64,000 bases of DNA, taken from Malacoraja senta (Eukaryota). Position numbers and translations under genes: made by a program. The stretch covers positions 1 through 64,000 of the forward strand of contig JAXLNO010000373.1 in NCBI GenBank assembly GCA_038087875.1, read 5' to 3'. The notes under the pieces were generated by a model. It was not told the DNA's origin. It searched no databases and was given only the letters and a program-made list of their open reading frames with translations. Below, in pieces: positions 39,433 to 52,295 of the stretch (positions are counted from its first letter, which is position 1; the number at the start of each line of letters is the position of its first letter).

Positions 39433-39935
39433 CGAAGGGCCGAATGGCCTACTCCTGCACCTATTGTCAATGACTTTAGAGATGCAGCGGCTGAAAACAG
39501 GCCCTTCCGGCCAACCAGCGATCTCCCCGCACACTAACACTATCCTACACACACTAGTAACAATTTACAATTTTACAGAAGCCAAGTAACCTACAAACCT
39601 GCACGTCTTTGGAGTGTGGGAGGAAACCGGAGCACCCGGAGAAAACGCACGCAGGTCACAGGGAGAACGTGCAAACTCCGCACAGACAGCACACGTAGTC
39701 GGGATGGAACCCGGGTCTCTGGCGCTGTGAGGCAGCAACTCTACCGCTGCGCCACAGACCCATTTGAAATGTGTTGCCGATATTAATTGAAGGGGAACTG
39801 AATGCCTTTTGGTGTCACATATTTTAGCAAAATTAACATCGGGAATCTTATCAATGATTTATTTTGGTTTGTGAAATCTGGTTAATTTAACTTCACTGGA
39901 ACACTGACTGGATGAGGAGGTTATAAGAGTCAGAG

Positions 39936-40504
39936 TGATACAGTGTGGAAACAGGCCCTTCGGCCCAACTCGCCCACACCGGCCAACAATGTCCCAGCTA
40001 GCCCTAGTCCCACCTGCCTGCGCTTGGTCCATAACCCTCCAAACCTGTCCTATCCATGTACCTGTCCAACTGTTTCTTAAACGTTGGGATAGTCCCAGCT
40101 CAACTACCTCCTCTGGCAGCTCGTTCCATACACCCACCACCCTCTGTGTGAAAAAGTTACCCCTCAGATTCTATTAAATCTTTTCCCCTTCACCTTGAAC
40201 CAGTGGCCTCTGGTCCTCGATTCCCCTACTCTGGGCAAAAGACTACCCGATCTATTCCTCTCATGATTCTGTACACCTCTATAAGATCACCCCTCATCCT
40301 CCTGCACTCCAAGGAATAGAGACCCAGCCTACTCAACCTCTCCCTATAGCTCACACCCTCTAGTCCTGGCAACATCCTCGTAAATCTCTTCTGAACCCTT
40401 TTCAAGCTGGACAATATCTTTCCTATAACACGGTGCCCAGAACTGAACACAATATAACATGGTGCCCAGAACTGAACCACAATGGTCTAAATGTGGTCTC
40501 ACCA
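39936..40504 (-). mobile_element. CR1 3' fragment, different subfamily
   Basis: VQKRFTRMLPGLEGVSYRERLSRLGLYSLECRRMRGDLIEVY. Confidence 0.82.
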
Positions 40505-41162
40505 GCGTTTGATGAAGGTTATTAGCTACAACGAGTGGTTGGACAGACTTGGATTGTTTCGTTATCTCAGGAACGCCAGAGGTTGAGTGGAGACCTGATA
40601 GAAGTGTGTAAAATTATGAGAGGTGGTAGGCAGGGTAGACAGTCAGAACCTTTCCCCAGGGTGGAAATGCCATGGTCTAGAGCGCATAGCTTTAAGGTGA
40701 GAGGGGCAAAGTTGAAAGATGAGAGGGGCAAGTTTTTTTTTCAGAGGATGGTGGGTGCCTGGAACGCGCTGCCAGGGGTGGTGGTGGAGGCAGATTGGAT
40801 GGGCACCTGAATATGTAAGGAATCGAGGGATATAGATGGTGTGGAGATGATCTTGGCATCATGTTCGGCATAGATGTTGCGGGCCGAAGGGCCTGTTCCT
40901 GTGCTGTGCTGTTTGCTGTTTGCTGTTGAATGATTATCAAATGAGTGTGGTCTCTGTGTAGTTGGTAAACAAAATTACACTGGGATAGATGATAATGAAA
41001 TACTGTGGGCCGAAGGGCCTGTTTCCATGCTGTATCTTTCAATCCAATTCAAGCCAATTCTAAAATAACTCAGGCAGCATCTCTGGAGAAAAGGAATAGG
41101 TGGCGTTTCAGGTTGAGACCCTTCTTCAGACTAGGAGAGGAAGGAAGTCAGAAGAAGGGAAT

Positions 41163-41637
41163 TACAAGGTAAATTCCCGGGATGGCGGGACTGTCATATG
41201 CTGAGAGAATGGAGCGGCTGGGCTTGTACACTCTGGAGTTTAGAAGGATGAGAGGGTTTCTTATTGAAACATATATGATTGTTAAGGGTTTGGACACGCT
41301 AGAGGCAGGAAACATGTTCCCGATGTTGGGGAGTCCAGAACCAGGGGCCACACAGTTTAAGAATAAGGGGTAAGCCATTTAGAATGGAGACGAGGAAACA
41401 CCTTTTCACACAGAGAGTTGTGAGTCTGTGGAATTCTCTGTCTCAGAGGGCGGTGGAGGCCGGTTCTCTGGATACTTTCAAGAGAGAGTTAGATAGGGCT
41501 CTTAAAGATAGCAGAGTCAGGGAATATGGGGAGAAGGCAGGAACGGGGTACTGATTGGGGATGATCAGCCATGATCACATTGAATGGGGGTGCTGGCTTG
41601 AAGGGCCGAATGGCCAACTCCTGCACCTATTGTCTAT
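41163..41637 (+). mobile_element. CR1 3' fragment
   Basis: GLSYAERMERLGLYTLEFRRMRG through to the ctattgtctat tail. Confidence 0.85.
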
Positions 41638-42109
41638 AGTCTAAGAAGGGTCTCGACCCGAAACGTCACCCGTTCCTCTCCAGAGATGCTGCTGCACCTG
41701 CTGAGTTACTACCAGCTTTTTGAGTCTCACCTTCAGTGGTAACATAGTCCGTGGCCAAACTCATCGGAGATACAGAAGGGGGAATGCCATGGCATATAAC
41801 ACTATTAAAAACACTTAAAACTGAACTAAATGGGCCATTTTTCCACCAAACACTCTATTTTAGATTTGGGAATTACCATAAACACCTCGTAAGATTTAAC
41901 TAGCGGATGTGGTGCATCTTATATGATTACTTGGCAACCACAAGCCAGTTTGTAACAGATAATTAACAAACGGAAGAGTTGCCGTCTAATTTACGAGCAA
42001 AATTTACAGGAAGATATACCCTATCATTGGCGATCCTTTGCACCATAATCTCAGCCATCAATTCCCATGCGTGACCTTTATATAAGCAGGGCCCTTTTTA
42101 AAGCAGTAC

Positions 42110-42771
42110 AGGGCCTGTCCCACTTATGTGTCCTTGGCACGCAAATTACGTGACCTCGTGGTCGCGTTGAGGTGCACGGGCATCGTGTGGCCGCGCGGGG
42201 TCGGTCCACTGAGAAGCGCGGAGAGGTATGTAGTTGCGCGCGACATCGCGCGGGGCTCCGAAATTTTTGTGGCGAGCGAAATCTTCGCGCGCCACCGGCC
42301 TGTCGCGTAACTGACGGCCAAAGTGGGACAGGCCCAAGACCCTGGCGCGAGGCAACATCTCACCTCCAACAGCAGCAGAAGCAGGCAAACGATCGCCGAG
42401 CTCGGCCTGGGGCTCACGGCCGTTGCGGATCCGGATCCGCCCACACTCCTACTCCCAGAGCAGGCGAAGACGATTGGAGACAGACCCAAAATGCTGGAGT
42501 AACTCAGCGGGACCGGCAGCATCACTGGAGAGATCACAATGGGTGACGTTTCCGGTCGAGACTCTTCTTTCAGACTGATACATCACCCATTGCTTCTCTC
42601 CAGAGATGCTGCCTGAGTTACTCCAGCATTTTGTGTCCATCTTCAAATGACGTCACGCGCTCCAGACGACTGTGCAGGTGCGTGCACGACTCTCGCGGGA
42701 CTGTCGCACCTCAACGAGAACACGAGGTCGCGTATTTAGCGTGCCAAGGACAAGTAAGTGGGACAGGGGCG
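42110..42771. mobile_element. Harbinger-like MITE with an internal extra TIR and a nested pLTR pair
   Basis: agggcctgtcccacttatgtgtccttggcacgc...gcgtgccaaggacaagtaagtgggacagggg. Internal aagtgggacaggccc at ~42321. Confidence 0.75.
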
Positions 42772-43029
42772 TAACTGTCCACTGAAGACACAAGATATTG
42801 CTGATGCTGGAATCGTGATGAGACCAAAGACTCCCCTGACCTGGAATGCTGCCGACCTATTCCCTCCACAGATGCTGCCCGACCCGCTGAGTTTAGTTTA
42901 GTTTAGAGATACAGCGTGGAAACAGGCCCCCTCGGCCCACCGAGTCTGCGTCTATCACGCTAACACTATCCTACTCACAATAGGGATGACTTTTACAATT
43001 TTACCGAATCCAATTAACCTACACACCTG

Positions 43030-43221
43030 GTAGACAAAAATGCTGGAGAAACTCAGCGGGTGAGGCAGCATCTATGGAGCGAAGGAAATACGCAACGTTT
43101 CGGGTTTCGACCCAAAACTTTGCCAATTTCCTTCGCTCCACAGATGCGGCCTCACCCGCTGAGTTTCTCCAGCATTTTTGTCTACCTTCGATTTTCCAGC
43201 ATCTGCAGTTCCTTCTTAAAT
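43030..43221. mobile_element. Inverted Penelope pLTR insertion inside a SINE
   Basis: TSD ctacacacctg at 43019-43029 and 43222-43232. Confidence 0.8.
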
Positions 43222-44230
43222 CTACACACCTGTACGTCTTTGGAGTGTGGGAGGAAACCGGAGCACCCGGAGAAAAACCCACGCAGGTCACTGGGAGAAC
43301 GTTACAAACTCCGTACAGACTGCACCCGCAGCCAGTCTCTGGAGCTCTGAGGCAGCAACTCTACCGCTGCGCCAACTTGCCGCCCCAGTTACAATTTGTG
43401 TTCTGGATAAACATCTATTGAAAGCAAAATTTAAAACTGCTTCAAATGAGAACTAAGGGGTGAAATAGACTTGATACGCAGCGGTGAAATCTGTCCACAA
43501 TTTTTATGATAAATATATATTAATGAAATTTACATTCAATGGCTGTACATTTTGTTTGAAGCTGAAAGCTTCACATCTGCACAAATATTATTCTGGCAAA
43601 GAAAAAATGTTATGTAACGTATCCCATGAAGCAGGCTGAAATATGCAGCAAGTTTTCTAATGTTTTAACAATGTACATGGCTTGCAACAATTCAAGAAAT
43701 TAAATCCATAAGTTCACAAGGTCAGAAGTTCTAGGAGCAGAATGAGGCCATTCGGCCCATCAAGGCTACTTCACCATTCAATCATGGCTGATCTATCTTT
43801 CCCTAACCAACCCCATTCTCCTGCCTTCTCCCCATAACCCCTGACACCCGTACTAATCAAGAATCTGTCAACCTCCGCCTTAAGAATAACCATTGACTTG
43901 GCCTCCACAGCCATCTTTGGCGATGAATTTCCCAAATTCACCCCACCCTCAGAAGATATTGGGTGACGTTTCGTGTCGAGACCCTTCTCCAGTCTGAAGA
44001 AGGGCCTCGACCCGATACACGTCACCCATTCCTTTTTCTTCAGAGGTGCTGCCTGTCCCGCTGAGTCACTCCAGCATTTGGTGTCTATCTTCAGTACATC
44101 GAACAAGTTGTCCTCACCCTGTCTCTGGGTATGCGGTCCACCCCAGCTCTGCTGTCGCCCATCTTGAATCCATCAGGGTCTCTGCGGGTCAGAAGAGAAA
44201 CAAGATCAACACCAGGTACCAAACAGAAGG

Positions 44231-44712
44231 TGCAAAGATGCCACGCAAAATGCAAATCGGCAAAGATGCAACGTAAAATGTAAATCTGCAAAGATGCAAC
44301 GTAAAATGCAAATCTGCAAAGATGCAACGTAAAATGCAAATCCGCAAAGATGCGATGCAAAATGCAAATCTGCAAAGATGCAACGTAAAATGCAAATCTG
44401 CAAAGATGCGACTTAAAATGCAAATCTGCAAAGATGAGACTTAAAATGCAAATCTGCAAAGATGCAACGTAAAATGCAAATCGGCAAAGATGCAACGTAA
44501 AATGCAAATTCGCAAAGATGAGACTTAAAAATGCAAATCTGCAAAGATGCAACGTAAAATGCAAATCCGCAAAGATATGACTTAAAATGCAAATCCGCAA
44601 AGATGCAACGTAAAATGCAAATCTGCAAAGATGCGATGCAAAATGCAAATCCGCAGATGCAACGTAAAATGCAATTCTGCAAAGATGCAACGTAAAATGC
44701 AAAATCCAAATC
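44231..44712. repeat. 28-bp minisatellite (~17 units), resuming at ~45024-45075 after a CR1 insertion
   Basis: Unit gcaaagatgcaacgtaaaatgcaaatct. Confidence 0.92.
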
Positions 44713-45437
44713 TACAAACATAGAAACATAGAAAATAGGTGCAGGCCATTCGGCCCTTCGACCCAGCAACGCCATTCATTGTGATCATGGCTGATCGTCC
44801 CAATCAATAACCCGTGCCTGCCTTCTCCCCATATCCCTTGATTCCACTAGCCCCTAGAACTCTATCTAACTCTCTCTTAAATCCATCCAGTGACTTGGCC
44901 TCCACCGCCCGCTGTGGCAGGGAATTCCACAAATTCACAACTCTCTGGGTGAAAAAGTTTTTTTCTCACCTCAGTCTTAAATGGCCTCCCCTTTATTCTG
45001 AGACTGTGGCCCCCTGGTTCTGGGAATGCAATGCAAAATGCAAGTCTGCAAAGATGCAACGCAAATTGCAAATTGGCGATCAGCCTAATTATTGTCACGT
45101 GTACCGAGGTACAGTGAAGCGCATTGTTTTGCATGTTTAGTTTAGGTTAGAGATGCAGGGGCGGCCCAGTGGCGCAGCAGTAGAGTTGCTGAAGAAGGGT
45201 CCTGCACTGAAACATCACTCATCGATGGGCGGCCCAGTGGTGCAGTGGTAGAGTTGCTGCCTCACAGCGCCAGAGACCCGGGTTCCATCCCGACTACGGG
45301 TGCTGTCTGGACGGAGTTTGTACGTTTTCTCCGAGACCTTCAGTTTCCTCCCACACTCCAAAGACGTGTGGGTTTGTAGGTTAATAGGCTTTGGTAAAAT
45401 TGTAAATTGTCCCTAGTGTGTGTGTAGGATAGCGTTG

Positions 45438-45752
45438 TGGGGCTGTCCCACTGCCCGAGTTAATTCAAGAGTTCTCCCGAGTTTCCTCTGATTCGAACTC
45501 GGAGATTTACGGTAATGGCCATTCGTAGGTACTCGGGACTCTCGTGGTCATTTTTCAACATGTTGAAAAACCTTCACGAGTCTTCCCAAGCTTACCGTGT
45601 TTCCCGAGTACCTGCCGTTAGCGTTACGAGCCGCTAAGAGACGTCCCCGAGCTCCGACGTACCCGCTACGTTCATTCTCCGTGCTTACGAGTTTGTTTGT
45701 TTTTTAAACTCGGGAGAGCTCTTGGATGAACTCGTACAGTGGGACGGGGCCA
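45438..45752. mobile_element. Harbinger-like MITE inside a SINE; same interior as 31231-31561
   Basis: ggggctgtcccact...agtgggacggggcc. Confidence 0.78.
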
Positions 45753-47579
45753 TACGTGTGCGGGGATCGCTGGTCGGCGCGGACTCGGGGAGCCCGAGTC
45801 CCGCTTGTTTCCGTGCTGTATCTCTAAAACTAAACTAACGGTTTTGGAAGTGCGCAAATGTTTCTCCCCGACTTCTCTGGAAACAAATATTTTTTGCGGT
45901 TTCAGCCACAGAATGTTTTGCTTTACGTCGAATACAAGCCGAGGTTCGCGGCACCTAAATCAGCACTTCAATGGGCAACGGTTAAGGAAACCCGGGGCAT
46001 TAATTGTTTGGGCGGGTAGACGGGGTGAAAGGCAGAGAAAGGGGTTTAAAATGGACGCGGGTAATTCAACGTTAAACATGCCCTGGGGCAGACAGGCTGT
46101 TACAAATCAGTGAGGCAGGACCACGTGAGGAAGAATAACTACTGAGTTTTTGTTTAGTTTGACAATAGACAATAGGTGCAGGAGTAGGCCATTCGGCCCT
46201 TTGAGCCAGCATCGCCATTCAATGTGATCATGGCTGATCATCCCCAAATCAGTACCCCGTTCCTGCCTTCTCCCCATATCCCCTGACTCCGTTATTTTTA
46301 AGAGCCCTATCTACCTCTCCCTTGAAAGTATCCAGAGAACCGGCCTCCTCTGAGGCAGAGAATTCCACAGACTTACAACTCTGTGCGAAAAAGTGTTTCC
46401 TCGTCTCCGTTCTAAATGGCTTACCCCTTATTCTTAAACTGTGTGGCCCCTGGTTCTGGACTCCCCCAACATCGGGAACATGCTTCCTGCCTCTAGCATG
46501 TACAAGCCCTTAATAACCTTATATGTTTTAATGAGATCCCTCTCATCCTGCAAGATGTGAGCAGGTGAGGGTGATAATTGTGTCGATATTGATGAGCTGC
46601 GTACCAAGGATGCGGAGAGGCAAAGTATGAATATTAACGAGCGCCCCGTCTAATTAAGTCTGGATGGTGACCTGTGGAAAATCTCCTGCCAACAGTGTTT
46701 GTTGCCTAAACAAATCAATTAGTTAGTGCCATCACGAGATGTAAATCGACAAGAGTCTCTGGTCAGCGGGATCAGCTTATATGCTGGAGCCAGCAAATTG
46801 AGATGTTCAGGATGCTCTGCTGTGTTTGTTCAGCAGTATCTGAAACAATGCTGATGGCACAAAGCACAGATGATGCAACAAAAAAAAACACGGCAGCTTT
46901 GCACCAGTGAATTTAAAGTGGGAATGGAATATTCAGGAAAAATAATATTGTTGTTGAAACTTGTAAGGGCATCTGCATTTTGCACAGCGGTCGACATTGG
47001 GCTGTGTTTGTGCGGCAGTGTGTGGTGTATTGTTTACTACAATGGACTGGCTTCCTAACAAAGGAATCTCCTGCAAGCTCTCTTTTATTTCTCATGTTCC
47101 CGAATGTTGCTTTTTGCTATTTGTGCATTCTTGCTATTGAGGGAGCGCAGCGTAGCTGGTTCACCAGGTTAATTCCCTGGGGATGGGGGACTGTCATATG
47201 CTGAGCGAATGGAGTGGCTGGGCTTGTATACTCTGGAGTTTAGAAGGATGAGAGGGAATCTTATTGAAACATATAAGATTATTAAGGGTTTGGACGCACT
47301 TTAGAACTCTCGACATCTCGCACCGCATGTTTGTAGTGCAGTGTTGCTTGCGAATTGGCCTAAAAAATTGGAAACTGTCCCTAGTGTGTGTAGGATAGTG
47401 CTGGTGTATGGGGGGGAAATCGCAGGTCAGCACTGACTCGGTGGGCCGAAGGGCCTGTTTCCGCGCTGTATCTCTAAAACTAAACTAAGCATTCAACAAT
47501 TGATCAAATTTAATACTAATAATCCATGCAGACTCTTCCAGCCACCATCTTCTTCAGATACCTACATCAGACATCAGGA

Positions 47580-48215
47580 TACCAAACTCCCTTCCATTGA
47601 CTCCATCTACACCTCACACTGCCTCGGCAAGGCCAGCAGCACAATCAAAGACCAGTCGCACCCCGGCCACTCCCTCTTCTCCCCTCTCCCATCAGGCAAG
47701 AGGTACAGAAGTGTGAAAACGCTCACCTTCAGATTCAGGGACAGTTTCTTCCCAGCTGTTATCAGGCAACTGAATCATCCTACCACAACCAGAGAGCGGT
47801 CCTGAACTACTATCTACCTCATGAAATGTGCTGAACAACTATCTACGCCAATGAAAAAGGGTCTCTACCCAAAACGTCACCTATTCCTTCGCTCCATAGA
47901 TGCTGCCTCACCCGCTTTTTTGTCTACCTTTGATATTTCCAGCATCTGCAGTTCTTTCTTAAACACTCGGACTATCCCTTGATCGGACTTTACTGGCTTA
48001 ACCTTGCAATAAATGTTATTTCCTTATCATGTATCTGTACACTGTAAATGGCTCAATTTGAATGAATGAATAACTTTATTGGCCAAGTATTCACATACAA
48101 GGAATTTGCCTTGGTGCTCCATCCAGACAATCATGTGTTGCTTTCCGCTGTCTGGTTAGCACGCAACGAATGCTTTCCACTGTACCTCGGTACACGTGAC
48201 AATAAACTAAACTAA
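47580..48215 (+). mobile_element. Rex1/Babar-type 3' end (second subfamily) with nested inserts
   Basis: SIYTSHCLGKASSTIKDQSHPGHSLFSPLPSGKRYRS...DSFFPAVIRQLN, tail ggtacacgtgacaataaactaaact. Confidence 0.75.
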
Positions 48216-48644
48216 AACGAAACAGATTGATCTCCAGAGTTTAAAGATGCGCGCCCGACCATTTGTTCAGCGTGAATCAATATCCCTTACTCCCAAAGGA
48301 CATTCCGTTCCTGCACAGTTCACAATTCAACGCCATTTACTCCTCGAGATATTGAACGAGAATGTTAGCAGAATTAAATTTGAAGTGATCTATTTTGATT
48401 TTTATTCTGCAAATGTCCAACCTGTCACACACAAACACACTGGAGGATCAGAAAGAATATCAATTATCTTAAAAATGAATAAAAGCCAGAGCAGTAAGAA
48501 TTGTTTTATTGCCCACTGCACACAAGGAACCTAAAACGACCGCTGGTTATTTCCCCCACATTTCCACAGACTGGAGAAGTGTCCCAACCGGAAACGTCAC
48601 CTATCCATGTACTCCACAGATGCTGCCTGACCCGCTGAGTTTCC

Positions 48645-49316
48645 CACCCAAACCACTCCCTCTCCGGGCACTTTCCCTTGCAACCGCAGGAAATGCTACA
48701 CTTGTCGCTTTACCTCCCCCCTGACTCCATCCAAGGGCCCAGGCAGTCTTTCCAGGTGCGGCAGAGGTTCACCTGCACCTCCTCCAACCTCATCTATTGC
48801 ATCCGCTGCTCCAGGTGTCAGCTGCTCTACATCGGTGAGACCAAGCGCAGGCTTGGCGATCGCTTCGCCCAACACCTCCGCTCGGTCCGCAATAACCAAC
48901 CTGATCTCCCCGTGGCTCAGCACTTCAACTCCCCCTCCCATTCCGAATCCGACCTTTCTGTCCTGGGCCTCCTCCATGGCCAGTGTGAGTCCCACCGTAA
49001 ATTGGAGGAGCTGCACCTCATATTTCACTTGGGTAGTTTACACCCCAGCGGTATGAACATTGACTTCTCCAATTTCAGGTAGTCCTTGCTTTCTCCCTCA
49101 TTCCCCTCCCCTTCCCAGCTCTCCCACAGCCCACTGTCTCCGCCTCTTCCTTTCTTCTTCCTGCACCCCCCCAACCCCCACTTCAGTCTGATGAAGGGCC
49201 TCGACCCGAAATGTCGCCTATTTCCTTCGCTCCATAGATGCTGCCTTACCCGCTGAGTTTCTCCAGCATTTTTGTCTACCTTTGATTTTCCAGCATCTGC
49301 AGTTCCTTCTTAAACA
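48645..49316 (+). mobile_element. 5'-truncated Penelope-like element (Neptune-type): Cys linker, GIY-YIG endonuclease, 3'UTR/pseudo-LTR
   Basis: FPCNRRKCYTC (Cys codons 48679-48705), a frameshift near 48720, then DSIQGPRQSFQVRQRFTCTSSNLIYCIRCSRCQLLYIGETKRRLGDRFAQH...GMN, stop at 49082. The tail contains the hammerhead-like motif and the abundant window repeat, ending ttcttaaaca. Confidence 0.9.
49188..49215 (+). ncRNA. Minimal hammerhead-ribozyme-like motif in the Penelope pLTR (slightly degenerate)
   Basis: CTGATGA-A-GGGC-CTCG-ACCC-GAAA-TGTC. Confidence 0.6.
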
Positions 49317-50303
49317 TCAGATCTTATTATATTTTCTCTTTGCTTCTTACTCTTTGTGCAAAGTACTTGTGATACAGAGTCATTATATATCATAACAAAA
49401 TACTTTAATCTGTATACATACAGAGACCATCAAGATGAGTACTGTAGGCTCCGAATCATGTTAAAAGCATCGCGGCTGCCTTTTTAGGGTGGTGGTGGTG
49501 TGGAAAACCTGACATGGATTATGGATCAGGTCATCAGCAGCAAAACCAGACGGATCAAATCAGCAATACCGTTTGATCTACACTCTTTATCTCACTTCTG
49601 GAAGGAAGGTCAAGATTTTCTGTTGCTTTTCTTTGTCTTTACCTTTCTTCTATTAATACCATTTAATTTAATCCATGCAGGATTTTGTAAGCAGCTTGCC
49701 ACTGCTCTCCTGTAAACCTCCTCCTGCAATATCTTTTCTCTGAATCATAGAAACATAGACAATAGGTGCAGGAGTAGGCCATTCGACCCTTTGAGCTAGC
49801 ACCGCCATTCAATATGATCAGGGCTGATCATCTATCAGTACCCCGTTCCTGCTTTTTCCTTATCCCTTGATTCCTTTAGCCCAAGAGCTAAATCTAACTC
49901 TCTCTTGAATCAGCACTACTTAATTTTCAAAAGTATCTATAAATCTATCTTGCTGCGCATGGCACACCATATAATGTGCGCAGATACCTATTCAAGAGGT
50001 AGACCAGAGAGCATTTATTTTACAATAAATTATTGTTCTAACTTGGATAGAGTGGATGTGGAGAGATGTTTCTATTAGTGGGAGAGTCTAGGACCAGAGG
50101 TCACAGCCTCAGAATTAAAGAACGTTCCTGTAGGAAGGAGATGAGGAGGAATTTCTTTAGTCATAGGGTGGTGAATCTGTGGAATTGTTTGCCACAGAAG
50201 GCTGCGGAGATAAAGTCAGTGGATATTTTCAAGGCGGAAATAAATAGATTCATGATTATTACAGTGTCTGGGGTTATGGGGAGAAGGCAGGAGAATGGGG
50301 TTA

Positions 50304-50659
50304 AGGGACTGTCCCACTGTACGAGGTAATTCAAGAGTTCTCCCGAGTTTTCCCCTGATTCGAACTCGGAGAATGTCCTTAGCGGGTCCGTAGGAGTTCG
50401 TGGGATGTCTCGTAGCGGCTCGTACGAGTAAAAAGTAAAAAATTTTGTCATCACGAGTATTTATTTACTCGTGGACATTTTTCAGTGTTGAAAAAACGTC
50501 ACGAGTTTACCGGATTTCCCGAGTACCTACCGTTACTCGTACGAGCCGCTACGAGACATCCACGAACTCCTACGGACCCGCTACGGACATTCTCCGAGTT
50601 CGAATCAGGGGAAAACTCGGGAGAACTCTTGAATTACCTCGTGCAGTGGGACAGGCCCT
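50304..50659. mobile_element. Palindromic Harbinger-like MITE inside a CR1 tail
   Basis: Splits gggg-tta-ggaggg with an exact TTA duplication. Confidence 0.87.
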
Positions 50660-50987
50660 TTAGGAGGGAGAGATTGATCAGCCATGATTGAATGGCGGAG
50701 TAGACTTGATGGGCCGAATGGCCTAATTTCTGCTCCACTCAAAAGAACTTACAAACTATTTTCTTGGTTGATGTAGATCAAACTATGCAGACAATTTAAC
50801 ACAACTAAGCTGATATTATAATATTAAGATCAGTGAAAATGAAGAGTTTCATTTCGCTTTCCAATTTGCTTTTAATTGCACAAAATATTTCCGTGAGACT
50901 CATGAGGTACTGATAAGGATCAGAACTGAGTCAATGTTGAACCATTTGTGTAAATTAGCAAATGCACCAAATGTAGTTGAGGAGTCA

Positions 50988-51225
50988 AGGGCCTGTCCCA
51001 CTTGGCGATTTTTTCGGCGACTGCCGGCGTCCTCTCAGTGTCGCCAAAAGATTTTGAACATTTCAAAATCCAGCGGCGAAAAAAAAAAATGTTGCGACAC
51101 TTGAAAAAACACCGCGCGTCAATACGTCGTCACGCCGCGTCACGCCACGAATTTTTCGGTGACCTGACACGTCAGTCAATGATGCCGGCAGTCGCCGAAA
51201 AAAATCGCCAAGTGGGACAGGCCCT
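50988..51225. mobile_element. Harbinger-like MITE
   Basis: Perfect TIR agggcctgtcccacttggcgatttttt with a TCA TSD. Confidence 0.87.
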
Positions 51226-52295
51226 TCAGACACAAACAGCATCAATTTGTCGTGGTCATTACCCACCATGGAGTCTGTTTTATTACAGTCTGTATTGTGC
51301 TTGGGATTCCAAGCCCTCCACGTGGAGGTGAAGGCTTTTTAGATGGAATATCCTCTTCTTCAGTTCAGTTGAGTTTATTGTCACTTGTACCGAGGTACAG
51401 TGAAAAGCCTTTGTTGCGTGCTAAGCAGCCAGCGGAAAGACAATACATGATTACAATCGAGCCGTCCACAGTGTACAGATACATGATAAGGGAATAACGT
51501 TTAGTGGGAAAGATGGATCAGCCAGTGGAGTAGACTTGATGGGCCGAATGGCCTAAATCTGCTCCCAGAAACTTGTGAACTTAAACATGATTAGAACAAA
51601 GCCATCCACAGTGTACAGAGAGATGATTTAGTGCAAGATAAAGTCTGATTAAAGATTGTTCAAAGGTCTCCAATGAGATCGATGGGAGATAGATGCAAAT
51701 TGCTGGAGCAACTCAGCGGGACAGGCAGCATCTCTGGATAGACGGAATGGGTGGAGTTGAAATCAGTGCGAGCGGTTCTAAAGAGCAAGCTCGGCATGTC
51801 GTGCACTAAGTGGACTTGCGATTTCCATCTTATTCCCCACAGATGTAGCAAAGCTCACGTGTGGCGCTCAGTGCAAATGGCTTGTGACAAGGTTCAGTTC
51901 GTGCACTGGAAGTCATTTGTCTTCATCAGAGGCGATGAAATGAGCTCTGACTCTGGATTATATTTACCATGTGTCGGCAGAGGCATCTGGAGGTGGCAAA
52001 CACAAGGGGGACTATAATGAGGCCTGTGTGAAAGATATCCAACAGGCTCTGCGTTCCAATCGAGAAAGGGCATGACAAATATCCTCTCCAGAACAGTCAC
52101 TGATGGAATTAAAGCAGATTTCTTCTGGTTTCCTCCGAGATTTGGGTGAAATTTTACACCTTGTATCCAAGTGGTTACAATGTGAAGCCCTTCAGCCACG
52201 TCTCATTATTTATAATGTGGATAAATTGCATCAATTCCATTCTCTGGTGCCCACTTAGTGTGTGTTGCTGGGATCATATTGACTAGATATTTTGT

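Noticed and set aside
38773..39552. 259-aa ORF
   Set aside because: Artefact of reading through the N gap.
44091..44775. 203-aa repetitive ORF
   Set aside because: Translation of the 28-bp minisatellite.
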